A DNA stretch of 64,000 bases from an uncultured Candidatus Saccharibacteria bacterium (lineage in GTDB: Bacteria; Patescibacteriota; Minisyncoccia; Phycocordibacterales; UBA12445). Positions within the stretch are counted from its first letter, which is position 1. Each line of letters begins with the position of its first letter. The position numbers and the translations under genes are program-made. The notes below the pieces were generated by a model. That model was given only the letters and a program-made list of their open reading frames with translations. It ran no database searches and was not told where the DNA came from. This document shows, piece after piece, positions 27,721 through 37,207 of the stretch. The stretch is taken from positions 4,713-68,712 of the forward strand of contig CAZYTH010000003.1 in assembly GCA_964649715.1 (NCBI GenBank), written 5' to 3'.

Positions 27721-29053
27721 GTCTTTTAAGCTTAGATGTGGACAAAATTTGAGGAGTTTTTCCTAAAGTTGAGGTTTTACTCATTAGGGAGTTTTTTGTC
27801 TCATTTTTAATAATAATTTTCCTACTTTTTTCTTTCATATTTTTAATTGTTTTATTTTTTCTTGTAAGAAGAACTAGCCTAAAAATACAAAGTAATATCC
27901 AAGAGATATTTCTAACGATTTTGAGGCTGACAACTCGCTATATATTTTCCATTCTGTTAAAATTAATTTTTAATGAAAAAAATAAAAATCACATTAATAT
28001 TTAAAGCTAAAATAAAAAATCTTAATGACGAGTTGCTAAAATGGTAAGTTGGCTAAATAATGCCTGAATCCTAAAAGCTTGAGTCTAATAGATTGAAAAT
28101 AAATGCTATTCTGCTATATGTGGTTTTCAAATTTCCTCTGATTTCAAATCAGTAACCTGAGTTTATCAAAGCCATAGAAAAATAAAAATAAAAACGTGGA
28201 TAACTTTAGTTTCAAATATTATTATGTTAAAAATAATTAATTGCTGGTTAGTCTACATAACATTTTTGCCATATTTCACGCAAAACATCTCTCTGAATTG
28301 ATATTTAAACCGAAACATAAGTCCACAAAATTGGGGTTTTTTGGCAATCCAGTGGTAAAATTTTTTCACAACACACTTGCTACAAAAAGTTAAGTATTTG
28401 AATTGGCTATTTTTTTTTAGACTATGTTAATATTAGAAGGTTGGTTCTCCATCTAAAAGATGGAGTTGAGACAAATAAAGGCTTTGACTTTGCCCAGCTA
28501 CCGAGGAAGAACAACTTTCTTGAAAAACGGTAAAAACCACCAAGGTGGAAAGGTGAAATAATAAAGTTTTTATATTTTGTTCTTTTATAAATAGGTTGGT
28601 TATTATCTAATCGCAAGAATACCAACCTCATGCACAGCTGAAGAGACGATTAGTTAGACGTGTTTTGTCGAACCTAGGAGGCCGTCAATACGTCTATAAA
28701 CAAAAGATCCATATTGGTATCGCAGATAACAGGTGCTCCGTCTGCGGGAGATACGAAAGCCAGTATGGAGATAAACCATCCACTTGGGATTGGTTAAGAC
28801 AACCGAGCATTGGGTTAACACCCAGACGTTAACAAACTGTGGTATCGTAAAATATTTACCACTGGAAACACCCGGATTTTTTTGAGTCACATTCTTTTCA
28901 ATCATATTAACCTGTAAAAGAAAGCGGATAAAAACAATTCTTCAGCCAAAAAGAACCGTGGGGGGCCCAGGCCAAACACCAGTTTTTATATCAGGACCAG
29001 TATGGTTTCAATAAACCAATTTGGTCCAAAATATAATATTCTGTTGTTTGGTT

Positions 29054-29088
29054 AAAAAAAGGAGGCCGGCCCGAAGGGGACGGCCTCC
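29054..29088 (-). terminator. strong intrinsic terminator on the minus strand inside the ORF-free region.
   Basis: GGAGGCCG-loop-CGGCCTCC followed by T7 on the minus strand. Confidence 0.6.
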
Positions 29089-29212
29089 TTGTAACTAGTT
29101 AATATTTTAAACAAAGTATTAACGTATTTTGCGAAATATTTTGTTCTTTGTGTTTAAAGTTTTTTTCAATAACATTTGATAAGAATGGTATCTGGTATCC
29201 TTTTGTTTTTTG

Positions 29213-29235
29213 GACCTTAATGGGTCCTTTTTTTG
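29213..29235 (+). terminator. intrinsic terminator on the plus strand.
   Basis: GGACC-ttaat-GGGTCC followed by TTTTTTT. Confidence 0.55.
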
Positions 29236-29502
29236 CTATTGACCCCGGCATCAGGCTGGTAGCAAGAAGATAACAAAAGTTTTTTGGGTCGCTGACAAGT
29301 TTTTTTATTTTTGTGTGTGAATATAATCAAAATATTGAAAGTCCTTTGAAATGCTGGCGAGATGGTCTGGGTGCAGAATTTTGTCCTCTATGGGGTCAAC
29401 TTATCCTCCCTCCCCCCTTTTTAGTGTTTTTAAAAAGAACATTAAAACGGGGCGAGAGGTTCGATAAGCCCTTAGATTATAAGAATTAAGTACACACTGC
29501 GA

Positions 29503-29670
29503 TGGCTAAAATAAAAGTCAAAACAGGTGGTGTCGCTCCCAATTCGGGGCAATATCAAGTTTCGGGAACGAAACACGAGATTACCCTGTCTAAAGGTGAG
29601 CGTGTTCCTCCTTATGGAGGAAAGGCAAAAGCTTTTGTTCTTGTCGATAAGACAAAACATAAGTAAGTAG
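29503..29670 (+). CDS. small (55 aa) basic protein of unknown function, below the ORF-track cutoff.
   Basis: ATG-initiated ORF MAKIKVKTGGVAPNSGQYQVSGTKHEITLSKGERVPPYGGKAKAFVLVDKTKHK. It sits immediately upstream of, and co-oriented with, the RNase H-like gene. Confidence 0.35.
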
Positions 29671-29724
29671 CCGATCACTGAACTTTTCTCGTCAGCATTT
29701 TAGGGGATTTTTTATTTTTTAAAC

Positions 29725-30519
29725 ATGTACGACCAAAATGCTGTAAAAATATATACAGATGGTTCTGCCAAGCCTAATCCAGGCAAGGGTGGTGTTGGTA
29801 TGGTTGTGGAGTTCCCAGACAATTTTAGCCTTGAAAATTTAGAATTAAATGAGGGTTATTTCATAAGCAATAATAATCGTATGGAATTGAGAGCGTGTAT
29901 ACATGCGCTTGAGTGGCTTTAGGGATATATATTCACCAGGGCCATTATCATAACCAATTCCGAATATGTCTGTTCAAATCACAAAAACGCTCCCTTTTGG
30001 AAAAAGAACCACTGGACCACCTCTGAGGGGAGGCCCTATGAAAATGTTGACCTTTGGGACACGTTCCTAAAAAACCGACAGAAAATAAGGTTTCCTGTCG
30101 AGTTGGTTTGGGAAAAGGGCAAAAAAAGGCCAATACTTATTCGCGTAGATGAACTTGCAAAAACGGGGGCCGATAGCCCGACAAAAATAGACCATGGTTT
30201 TCAACCTGGTAAATTTACCTCATCCAGAACACTGGGCGGAAAAACCGCCACGTTATATTCTTCGATGGGTGAGGAAATATTAATTCGTGTATATAAAAAA
30301 CGTATCTATGGCAAAAATGAAAACGCGATATATAAAATAACCTTCGATATTTATGATGAAATTAAGGGTATTTATACGGAAAAACGCTATGCTTATCTTA
30401 AGAATAATACCGTAGACCTAAAAAGAAATAATTGCTATCGCGTGGTATTTAATGACGATCCTAAGTTTCCGATGATTATTAAGGCGACAGAAATCGAGTA
30501 TCTGAAAAATAAAAACTGA
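29725..30519 (+). pseudogene. RNase HI-like gene with a C-terminal extension of about 110 aa. It is interrupted by a single in-frame TAG at 29920-29922, and catalytic residues are substituted.
   Basis: IYTDGSAKPNPGKGGVGMVV and NRMELRACIHALEWL match the RNase H N-terminus. After the TAG the same frame continues through IIITNSEYV...NVDLWDTFL...VDELAKTGA (Asp70 becomes Asn and the HxxH His is absent) into the 30103..30519 ORF. Confidence 0.6.
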
Positions 30520-30528
30520 GCCAGCACG

Positions 30529-31194
30529 CTACTTCTCAAAATTTATTCGCTTATAAATGGCCCTAGTGGTTTCCACATCTCTTTTGCAGTAGTCGCAAAT
30601 CTCTTTTACCTTGCCCGCTTTGTAGAAGTCATAGACTTGTGAACCATCTATTCCATCCTTTGGTGTAGGAATACCAAGCGCCAAGGCAACGTGCTCCAAT
30701 CCGGCCCCTTTTGTCTCTGTCCATTTGGACCATTCGTGCATAGTGTCGTATATAGGATCATGCCTATATCGAGCAAAATTAAGGTCTCTTGATGGTTTTA
30801 TACCGAGAACAATGGATCTCTGATACAGGAATTTAAAGTCGAAACCGAAGATATTGTGACCAATAAATAAATCTGCGTCTTTCACAAGATCCCAGAATTT
30901 TTGGAGTGTTTCCTTCTCGTTCTCTGGGTTACAGATAACTTCCGTCTCATCGTCATTTATTGCGTAAGCGATACAAAGAACACGGCCAAAGCCTCCATCG
31001 AAAGAGGTTCCTCTTACATAGTCATCAAATTTTGCCTCCTCCTTTTCTGGTAAATATTCCTCTACGACGACCTCCTCGGACATTTCTTTTCTTTTATTCT
31101 TCTTTTCTAATTTCTTTTGGAAGAGAAATCGGAGCGCCTCGTGCTTGCTCTCATCTGCCGGCAGTGTTTCTATATCAAAATATATTTTTTTCAT
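30529..31194 (-). CDS. DEDD-type 3'-5' exonuclease (RNase H-fold, PolB-exonuclease-like).
   Basis: YFDIETLP (Exo I), GHNIFGFDFKFL (Exo II) and YCKRDVETTRAIY (Exo III, Y-x3-D). Confidence 0.65.
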   Translation of the reverse strand: MKKIYFDIETLPADESKHEALRFLFQKKLEKKNKRKEMSEEVVVEEYLPEKEEAKFDDYVRGTSFDGGFGRVLCIAYAINDDETEVICNPENEKETLQKFWDLVKDADLFIGHNIFGFDFKFLYQRSIVLGIKPSRDLNFARYRHDPIYDTMHEWSKWTETKGAGLEHVALALGIPTPKDGIDGSQVYDFYKAGKVKEICDYCKRDVETTRAIYKRINFEK

Positions 31195-31336
31195 TTGTTA
31201 TTTTATTAAATTCCATTTATCAAGGAAATATCCCATTTCGTGATTTCTATTGCCAAGATATATTTTTTCATTTTAATTTTAATGCTAATAAATTACTTTT
31301 TTTATTATACGCCCATTGCGTAAATAATAAAAATAA

Positions 31337-31364
31337 AACAGGCCCGAGATGAGCCTGTTTTTTA
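31337..31364. terminator. hairpin terminator. An identical 26-nt copy occurs at 33340-33365.
   Basis: AACAGGCCCGAGATGAGCCTGTT followed by TTTTT. Confidence 0.55.
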
Positions 31365-31381
31365 GAAACTTGGTTTAAGAA

Positions 31382-31642
31382 TTAAAGAAACACTTCAATT
31401 GCACCCTCCCCTCCGTCCTGAATCTTGGATGGTCTGTATTTTATTCCATTCTTATTTAAAAAACTCTCCACAAAAGGTTTTAAGATTGGGCCATTTTCTC
31501 TGTAACTTGCCTTACCTGTAATAATTCTTATGTGTCTTGGTCTTTTATCCGCCAATAATTCATGAAGAACAATTTCTGCATCCCTTCTGGTGTGGCCATG
31601 AAAATCTATTTCCTCACTGGGGATTTGTTCGTATTTGTTCAT
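31382..31642 (-). CDS. Smr (small MutS-related) domain protein.
   Basis: IDFHGHTRRDAEIVLHELL...IRIITGKA matches the Smr pattern DLHG...A and ITGKG. Confidence 0.7.
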   Translation of the reverse strand: MNKYEQIPSEEIDFHGHTRRDAEIVLHELLADKRPRHIRIITGKASYRENGPILKPFVESFLNKNGIKYRPSKIQDGGEGAIEVFL

Positions 31643-31646
31643 GAAT

Positions 31647-32393
31647 TTATTTATTCACAGAAAACACTTCTCCATATTCAGTATTCAATTTTTCTGCAAA
31701 TTCGTATATTCGATTATATGACATGCCAAAAGAAACCGACTGAGGAATAACACAAAAAGAAGTTTTATCTGTCTTTGTAAAATACATTTGTCTTGTTATC
31801 CCATTGGGCGTTTTTCCAATTATTTCTGCCCAAGTTCCATCGTTTAAATATCTTAAGGAATAAAAAATAACCAAAACAGGAGCGTGCTTCTCTATTAAAT
31901 GTTTTAATTCTTGAATTCGCTTGGGTTTATAAGTAGTGAGATACTCCTTTCTGGAACTCAGCCCTTGCAATCCATATTCTCTATATAACCATGTTGACTC
32001 ATCGGCTTTTTTCGACGGTAATGGCATAAGCTCGATAGCGGCGCTTTCTTTTATTGCACTATCACCAAAGATTAGTCCTTGGTGTTCACGAATTTCCTGT
32101 TGAGATGGTATTCGGCGATTCTTTAAATATAGATAGAGAGCAATTGGATATCTCCATGTTGGTTGTACGGGAAAGGGTTCTTGAAACCACCTCATAAATT
32201 TCGGCAAATGAGATAAATCCTGACGTAAATCTACCATTGATTTTCCATCACAAGCAAGCATGAGATCTTCAAGTTCTGTTTCTGTAACGTCACCAAGACC
32301 CTCTTCCATTCCAATAAACCACACCTTTGCATCAAGGCTTCCATACCCCCAAAAGTTTTTTATTCTATTTTGTAAAATGTCTGGTGTGATCAT
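31647..32393 (-). CDS. hypothetical protein (248 aa), possibly a divergent uracil-DNA-glycosylase-superfamily fold. This is weak.
   Basis: WFIGMEEGLGD loosely resembles UDG motif A (GxxPG). It sits in an operon with Smr and SppA. Confidence 0.4.
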   Translation of the reverse strand: MITPDILQNRIKNFWGYGSLDAKVWFIGMEEGLGDVTETELEDLMLACDGKSMVDLRQDLSHLPKFMRWFQEPFPVQPTWRYPIALYLYLKNRRIPSQQEIREHQGLIFGDSAIKESAAIELMPLPSKKADESTWLYREYGLQGLSSRKEYLTTYKPKRIQELKHLIEKHAPVLVIFYSLRYLNDGTWAEIIGKTPNGITRQMYFTKTDKTSFCVIPQSVSFGMSYNRIYEFAEKLNTEYGEVFSVNK

Positions 32394-32482
32394 AAAATAT
32401 GTAGGTAATTAAGAATTTAATGTCGGCCATTCCAATAATGAAACTATATGAGATTCTACTTCTTTACTGTTCTGATCCAATA

Positions 32483-33301
32483 TTAATATTCGCAGACATT
32501 TATCTCTCCCATATCCACGCCCAGGATATCCGCTAAATATTCTTTAACTTCATATAGCCCTCCGATCTTGTCTATAAGGCCCGCCTCGATGGCTTTTGGA
32601 GGGATAATTGTTGATCCGTCAGCAAACTTGGCGACGTCTGAAATATCCAGTCCCCTGTTTGTGGCAATATCTTTAACCATAACTTCATGAAAATGTTCGA
32701 GGTCTTTCATTATCATTTGTCTTTCTGTATAAGTTAGAGGCCTGTCACCGTTAAACATGTCTTTATACTTACCTGATTGAAATTGATTGTAGTTGTATCC
32801 TTCTTTTTTGCTTTTCTCAACATCGTCAAAGAAAGATTGTATTATTGCAATAGAACCCAAGTCTGAAAATTCAGAAGCGAAAATTTTGTCTGCTCCAGTA
32901 GCAAGATGATAAGCGGCGGAGGTTCCTTGTTCTTTTATCAGTGCAACTGTTGGCTTTTTAACTCTTTTTAACGCTCTAGATATTTCTTGCCCAATCACTG
33001 GGCTTCCTCCTCCTGAATCTATCTCAATGATGATTGCCTCAACTTCTGGGTCTTCGTCTGCTTCTTCTATCAGGTCATAAATATCTCCAGCGACCGCTTC
33101 ATCTGTCCAGTCTTCGTTTCCCCCATTCTTATAACTTACGATCTCACCTCTTACTGGTATCTTTGCAACGTTGCAGTCACTGGAATAATCTTCCGGCTCA
33201 ATTATTACGTATAAAACAGAGACAAGAACTAAAAGGAGAAAGGACATTGCGACAGTGTCGAAGAATCTTCTCCATGTTATTTTTGAGAGGATGTTTTTCA
33301 T
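32483..33301 (-). CDS. sppA: signal peptide peptidase SppA (S49, 36K type).
   Basis: N-terminal transmembrane segment and EAIIIEIDSGGGSPVIGQEI...KPTVALIKEQGTSAAYHLATGADKIFA (Ser-Lys dyad region). Confidence 0.8.
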   Translation of the reverse strand: MKNILSKITWRRFFDTVAMSFLLLVLVSVLYVIIEPEDYSSDCNVAKIPVRGEIVSYKNGGNEDWTDEAVAGDIYDLIEEADEDPEVEAIIIEIDSGGGSPVIGQEISRALKRVKKPTVALIKEQGTSAAYHLATGADKIFASEFSDLGSIAIIQSFFDDVEKSKKEGYNYNQFQSGKYKDMFNGDRPLTYTERQMIMKDLEHFHEVMVKDIATNRGLDISDVAKFADGSTIIPPKAIEAGLIDKIGGLYEVKEYLADILGVDMGEINVCEY

Positions 33302-33341
33302 TTGATTATCAATTTAGCTTTTAAATTAAAATGATGCAAGA

Positions 33342-33364
33342 AACAGGCCCGAGATGAGCCTGTT
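33342..33364. repeat. second copy of the 31337 terminator hairpin, downstream of the 928-aa gene.
   Basis: AACAGGCCCGAGATGAGCCTGTT identical to the 31337 copy. The T-run is weak. Confidence 0.5.
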
Positions 33365-33384
33365 TTAACAAATCTATTTTAAAA

Positions 33385-36171
33385 TTAAAATCCAAACCAA
33401 GACCAGAAACGAGACCATACACTTTTCTTCACAACCGGAGGTTCTGTGTGTGTTGTGCTTGCGGTAAGTGTGGGCGTGGTTGTGGTACTAATAATTGGCA
33501 CAGGAGAGCCCGTTATCCAAGAGGCCAGACGACTAAACCAGGATAATTTCGATTGCTCCATTCGTGGAGGTGTCCTTTGGTCAGAAAATTCTTTATCTAA
33601 ATCTTTTGATTCAATAACGATCGATTCCTTAACAATAGACTCCTTCATTGGTTGAGCTTGCTGAGTTTGTTCTTCTGTTTTTTCCTGTACCTGAATAGCT
33701 TTTGGCTGTTCTACTACTTTCCCTGTAATTTGTTCTTTAGGGCTGGTAATTAATTCTCCTTTTTTATCTGTTTTAGCAATAAATAATTTTAGGGATTTAA
33801 GCTTATTCGCATCCATATTTTCTAAGGCTGAAAATTTAGAGTTAATATTGATCGGAATACTAGATAATGCACCCAAATTATTAAACCAATTATTTATTAC
33901 ATTCATAGATAATATTAACCCCATGGTATTATCTTCTCCAACATACCCACCCGAAGGTATTCCTATAAACTTACCGTTCTTTAAATAGGCGCCACCGCCA
34001 GAACTTCCGTGCTCTAAAATAGCAGTAGTTTTAAAATAATCTCCACTGTCGTCGATTCCACTAAAATCACCACTTGTGTACGTTAACTTTTTACCGAAAG
34101 CTGCAGGGTAACCGTAAGTTAAAATCTTTTCACCTAAAGCAATACTTATATTGCCCCTTGTGATATCAATGGGTGTAAAATTTATATTTCCGGAATTTCT
34201 AATTTTTAATAAAGCGATATCTTTATCCGGTGATGTCTTAACAACGTCAGCCACAAACCATCCATAGGGTTCATCGTCAAAATTGTTTATAAATCCAACA
34301 TAACAGCCTACGGTCTCAGAAATAACATGTTTATTGGTCAGAATAATTCCGATCGCATTAATTATCGTACCAGACCCCTGCGATGCAGATTGCGCATCAA
34401 CCGGACAAATAAGTTTTACTGTGGCCTTTAAAATCTTATCCTGGTTTACAACTTCTATAGACTCATCTGGTGGAGGTTGTGGCGGTCTATTTGGGGGTGT
34501 GCAGTATCTATCTGTAATGGGTGGTGCTGTTTGAACGTTAGGACAATCATAGGTTTTAGTACAAGTTCGGCTTTGTATTCCAGAAATAGAACATTCTCCC
34601 CAATAAGAACAGGTCCATTCATCAGCTGTACAAGATGGAATATAGGAACAAGATTGGGTCGTTATTGGCGAAGCAACTCCACCTTCACAATTTGATATCT
34701 TATTACATGTTCTTGATTGTGTTCTGTTTGCAGAACAAGCAGACCAACCACCACAGGACCAATCGCTAGAAGTACAAGGTGGCATATAAGTGCAATTCTG
34801 ACTTAAAATTGGACCACCACCAACACAACCATTCGGCAATGAAGAAATTATTGTTCTTGTTTGGGTTCCGTTAGAAGAACATGTGGACCATTCAGAATAT
34901 GTCCACGAAGTACATGTGGGTGGAATATATGTACAGTTTTGAATTATCACTGGCTCATATGTTCCGGTACAGATATCTGAATTTTTATTACATACTCTGG
35001 TTTGTTTACCACTAGGATTACACGCACCCCAAACACCGCAAGTATAATCATCAGCGTCACATGCTGGGCTACAAGATTGGGTTGTTGCCGGAGAGGGGGT
35101 ATCGATTAAAGAACAATCATTTGTCTTTGTGCATGTTCTATTCTGAGATCCACTGCGAGAGCAGGTGCTCCATGATTCGCATGTCCATGTGTCAGATATA
35201 CAGGCAGGGGTACATGCTTGGGTCGTAATTGGGGGAGGAGTTGTTATTCCAGGACAATCCAAAGACATGTAGCATGATCTTGTTTGCGAACCGTCTATTG
35301 AACATGAATTCCAATCATTACATATCCATGTATCAGCAGTACAAGTAGGAACATAGGTACAAGACTGCGTTGTGGCTGGTGATGGATCGTTTGTAAGCGG
35401 ACAATCATATGTCCTCGTGCATGTTCTGGTCTGGGTGCCATTAGACTGACATCCGGCCCAGCTTCCGCAAGACCAAGTATCAGCAGTACATTCTGGTGTG
35501 CAAGATTGAGTCGTTTCCGGCGACGGTGTATCTACCGCAGGACAATCTAATGCCTTGGTACAGGCTCTAGATTGATTACCGTACAGAGAACAAGAACTCC
35601 ATGACCCACAATCCCAAATATCTTGAGCGCAATGATCCTTAAGGAAAAAGCTACCCGATAGATAAGATGATGGCTGAGCGGTATTGTAACTCACCTCCCT
35701 ATAACAAGTATCTGTGGTGCATTTTTGTGCACAACTATCAACTTCACAAATTGGGGCCCTACCAAAGACTGTAGGAATTTCAATTTTCAGATTAACCGCC
35801 TTATTGTCGTAGCAAGATGGATCGGCGTATAATGAAGAAAAATAATTTAATGGGACTTTTAATATTATCTGGGAATCACTCCAAGAAATAACATTACTGT
35901 TAGATACTTCGGGAATTGAAGCGTTGACATAACTAACCCCGCAGCTATCGTTGATATACGCATACCCACTAACGTAACCCAACCCACTACTGTTGCGCTG
36001 AAAATGCGTAAAACGCCAAGAGCTATTAAAATTACCACCATTTATAGTAATGGTATCACCAGGAGAAATAATACTTGGGGTAATAGATGTAATAAAAGGC
36101 TCCCCGACTGCTAACGACGTGCCACCAAAAACGAAGAACAACGTAACCACAAACAACAGAATTTTTTTCAT
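33385..36171 (-). CDS. 928-aa secreted multidomain protein. It has an N-terminal IPT/TIG-like domain, eight tandem thrombospondin type-1-like Cys repeats, a trypsin-like (S1/Do-type) serine protease domain and a Thr-rich, Trp-rich C-terminal tail.
   Basis: Signal peptide. Repeats of about 47 aa follow the pattern W-x-C-x-x-W-S-x-C-S-x(3-4)-Q-(S/T)-R-x-C-T...DCP...TTQSC. Protease motifs: TNKHV (His), DIALLKI (Asp) and GSSGGGAY (Ser). Confidence 0.8.
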   Translation of the reverse strand: MKKILLFVVTLFFVFGGTSLAVGEPFITSITPSIISPGDTITINGGNFNSSWRFTHFQRNSSGLGYVSGYAYINDSCGVSYVNASIPEVSNSNVISWSDSQIILKVPLNYFSSLYADPSCYDNKAVNLKIEIPTVFGRAPICEVDSCAQKCTTDTCYREVSYNTAQPSSYLSGSFFLKDHCAQDIWDCGSWSSCSLYGNQSRACTKALDCPAVDTPSPETTQSCTPECTADTWSCGSWAGCQSNGTQTRTCTRTYDCPLTNDPSPATTQSCTYVPTCTADTWICNDWNSCSIDGSQTRSCYMSLDCPGITTPPPITTQACTPACISDTWTCESWSTCSRSGSQNRTCTKTNDCSLIDTPSPATTQSCSPACDADDYTCGVWGACNPSGKQTRVCNKNSDICTGTYEPVIIQNCTYIPPTCTSWTYSEWSTCSSNGTQTRTIISSLPNGCVGGGPILSQNCTYMPPCTSSDWSCGGWSACSANRTQSRTCNKISNCEGGVASPITTQSCSYIPSCTADEWTCSYWGECSISGIQSRTCTKTYDCPNVQTAPPITDRYCTPPNRPPQPPPDESIEVVNQDKILKATVKLICPVDAQSASQGSGTIINAIGIILTNKHVISETVGCYVGFINNFDDEPYGWFVADVVKTSPDKDIALLKIRNSGNINFTPIDITRGNISIALGEKILTYGYPAAFGKKLTYTSGDFSGIDDSGDYFKTTAILEHGSSGGGAYLKNGKFIGIPSGGYVGEDNTMGLILSMNVINNWFNNLGALSSIPININSKFSALENMDANKLKSLKLFIAKTDKKGELITSPKEQITGKVVEQPKAIQVQEKTEEQTQQAQPMKESIVKESIVIESKDLDKEFSDQRTPPRMEQSKLSWFSRLASWITGSPVPIISTTTTPTLTASTTHTEPPVVKKSVWSRFWSWFGF

Positions 36172-36288
36172 TTTTTTTTAACTACTAACAATTTAATTAT
36201 TTTTTAATTATACTCCTATCAAAATAATAATAAAAATAAAGGTGGCCCGAAAATGGACCACCGTTTATTATCCCCCATCATCCCCTCT

Positions 36289-36504
36289 CTACACCTCAAA
36301 AGACTGTATATACTCCTCCGCCTCAGGATAAGACAGGGATTGAATGTATGAGAGACTTTGTTCCCTGTCTTCTTGCTCGTGGACATTTCTATAGATGAGT
36401 TCTGTGAGTTTTCGTAACTGTTCCCTCGTAATACCTCTTTCATTTTCTTCTCGTAGATATTTGTTGTGGTAGTAGACCCTACTATCTAGCGTATTTTTAG
36501 ACAT
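36289..36504 (-). CDS. small hypothetical protein.
   Basis: ORF only. Acidic with a coiled-coil-like sequence. Confidence 0.3.
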   Translation of the reverse strand: MSKNTLDSRVYYHNKYLREENERGITREQLRKLTELIYRNVHEQEDREQSLSYIQSLSYPEAEEYIQSFEV

Positions 36505-36528
36505 ATATATTTTTTAAGTTTGTAATAT

Positions 36529-37197
36529 CTAACGAAGTCCAATGTAAGATGAAATGGAATCACTAGCTTCAGCTTTCGTCATGTGAGGGATCTCTTCTAA
36601 AAGTTTCTGCTTTTCCTCGTCGTGATAAACATGACGCTTTATGAGAACGGCAAGAAGTTCTTTTTGTCTTTCTGTAATGGGAACTTCTTTTGGGGTATTT
36701 TCAGCCTCAGAGGAAACATTACTTGTCGGCATATCCTCAAGATCCTGAGTGAATATATCAGAAAGGCCCGTCGTGCGTATCACGGCGCTAACAAAGGCGC
36801 GTTTTTCTGCGAGCTTAATTGTTGTATTGGGATTGTTTTGATGGTCTTTTAGTTGTGATGATCCTCGGCCCTCGCCAACTATTTTATTATCTCGACCCAA
36901 CAGACACTTATAGGCAACTAAACCCTCCACACCCGGAAAACATGCCATTGTATCCGAGTCTTTCTCGAAACGAGACACGAGTCCCCAGACCGAGGCCAAC
37001 TTCTCGGCCCCTCCCTTTGCTAAACTCTTCTTACCTTTAATAACGAAATAGTCTTGGCCCTCTCGGAGTAATGGCATTACTTGCGAGATAAAGTAAGATC
37101 GTCTCAAAAGTAAATCATCCACCCCCTGTTTAAAGCTCTGGAGCGCTTCTGTATTTCCAAGGCGAACCATACCTTTATCTATTGTTTCTGTATTCAT
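36529..37197 (-). CDS. putative phage single-strand annealing protein (ERF-like). This is weak.
   Basis: GGAEKLASVWGLVSRFEKDSD resembles the ERF core (SSYARKYcLnGLFGIDD). Context includes an exonuclease and a recombinase. Confidence 0.35.
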   Translation of the reverse strand: MNTETIDKGMVRLGNTEALQSFKQGVDDLLLRRSYFISQVMPLLREGQDYFVIKGKKSLAKGGAEKLASVWGLVSRFEKDSDTMACFPGVEGLVAYKCLLGRDNKIVGEGRGSSQLKDHQNNPNTTIKLAEKRAFVSAVIRTTGLSDIFTQDLEDMPTSNVSSEAENTPKEVPITERQKELLAVLIKRHVYHDEEKQKLLEEIPHMTKAEASDSISSYIGLR

Positions 37198-37207
37198 TTG
37201 TTTTTAA

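Noticed and set aside
29920-29922. In-frame TAG in the RNase H-like gene as evidence of stop-codon reassignment.
   Set aside because: TAG terminates clearly intact genes in the same window, for example topA at 6838-6840. A global recoding is therefore unlikely, and a local pseudogene or readthrough is more parsimonious.
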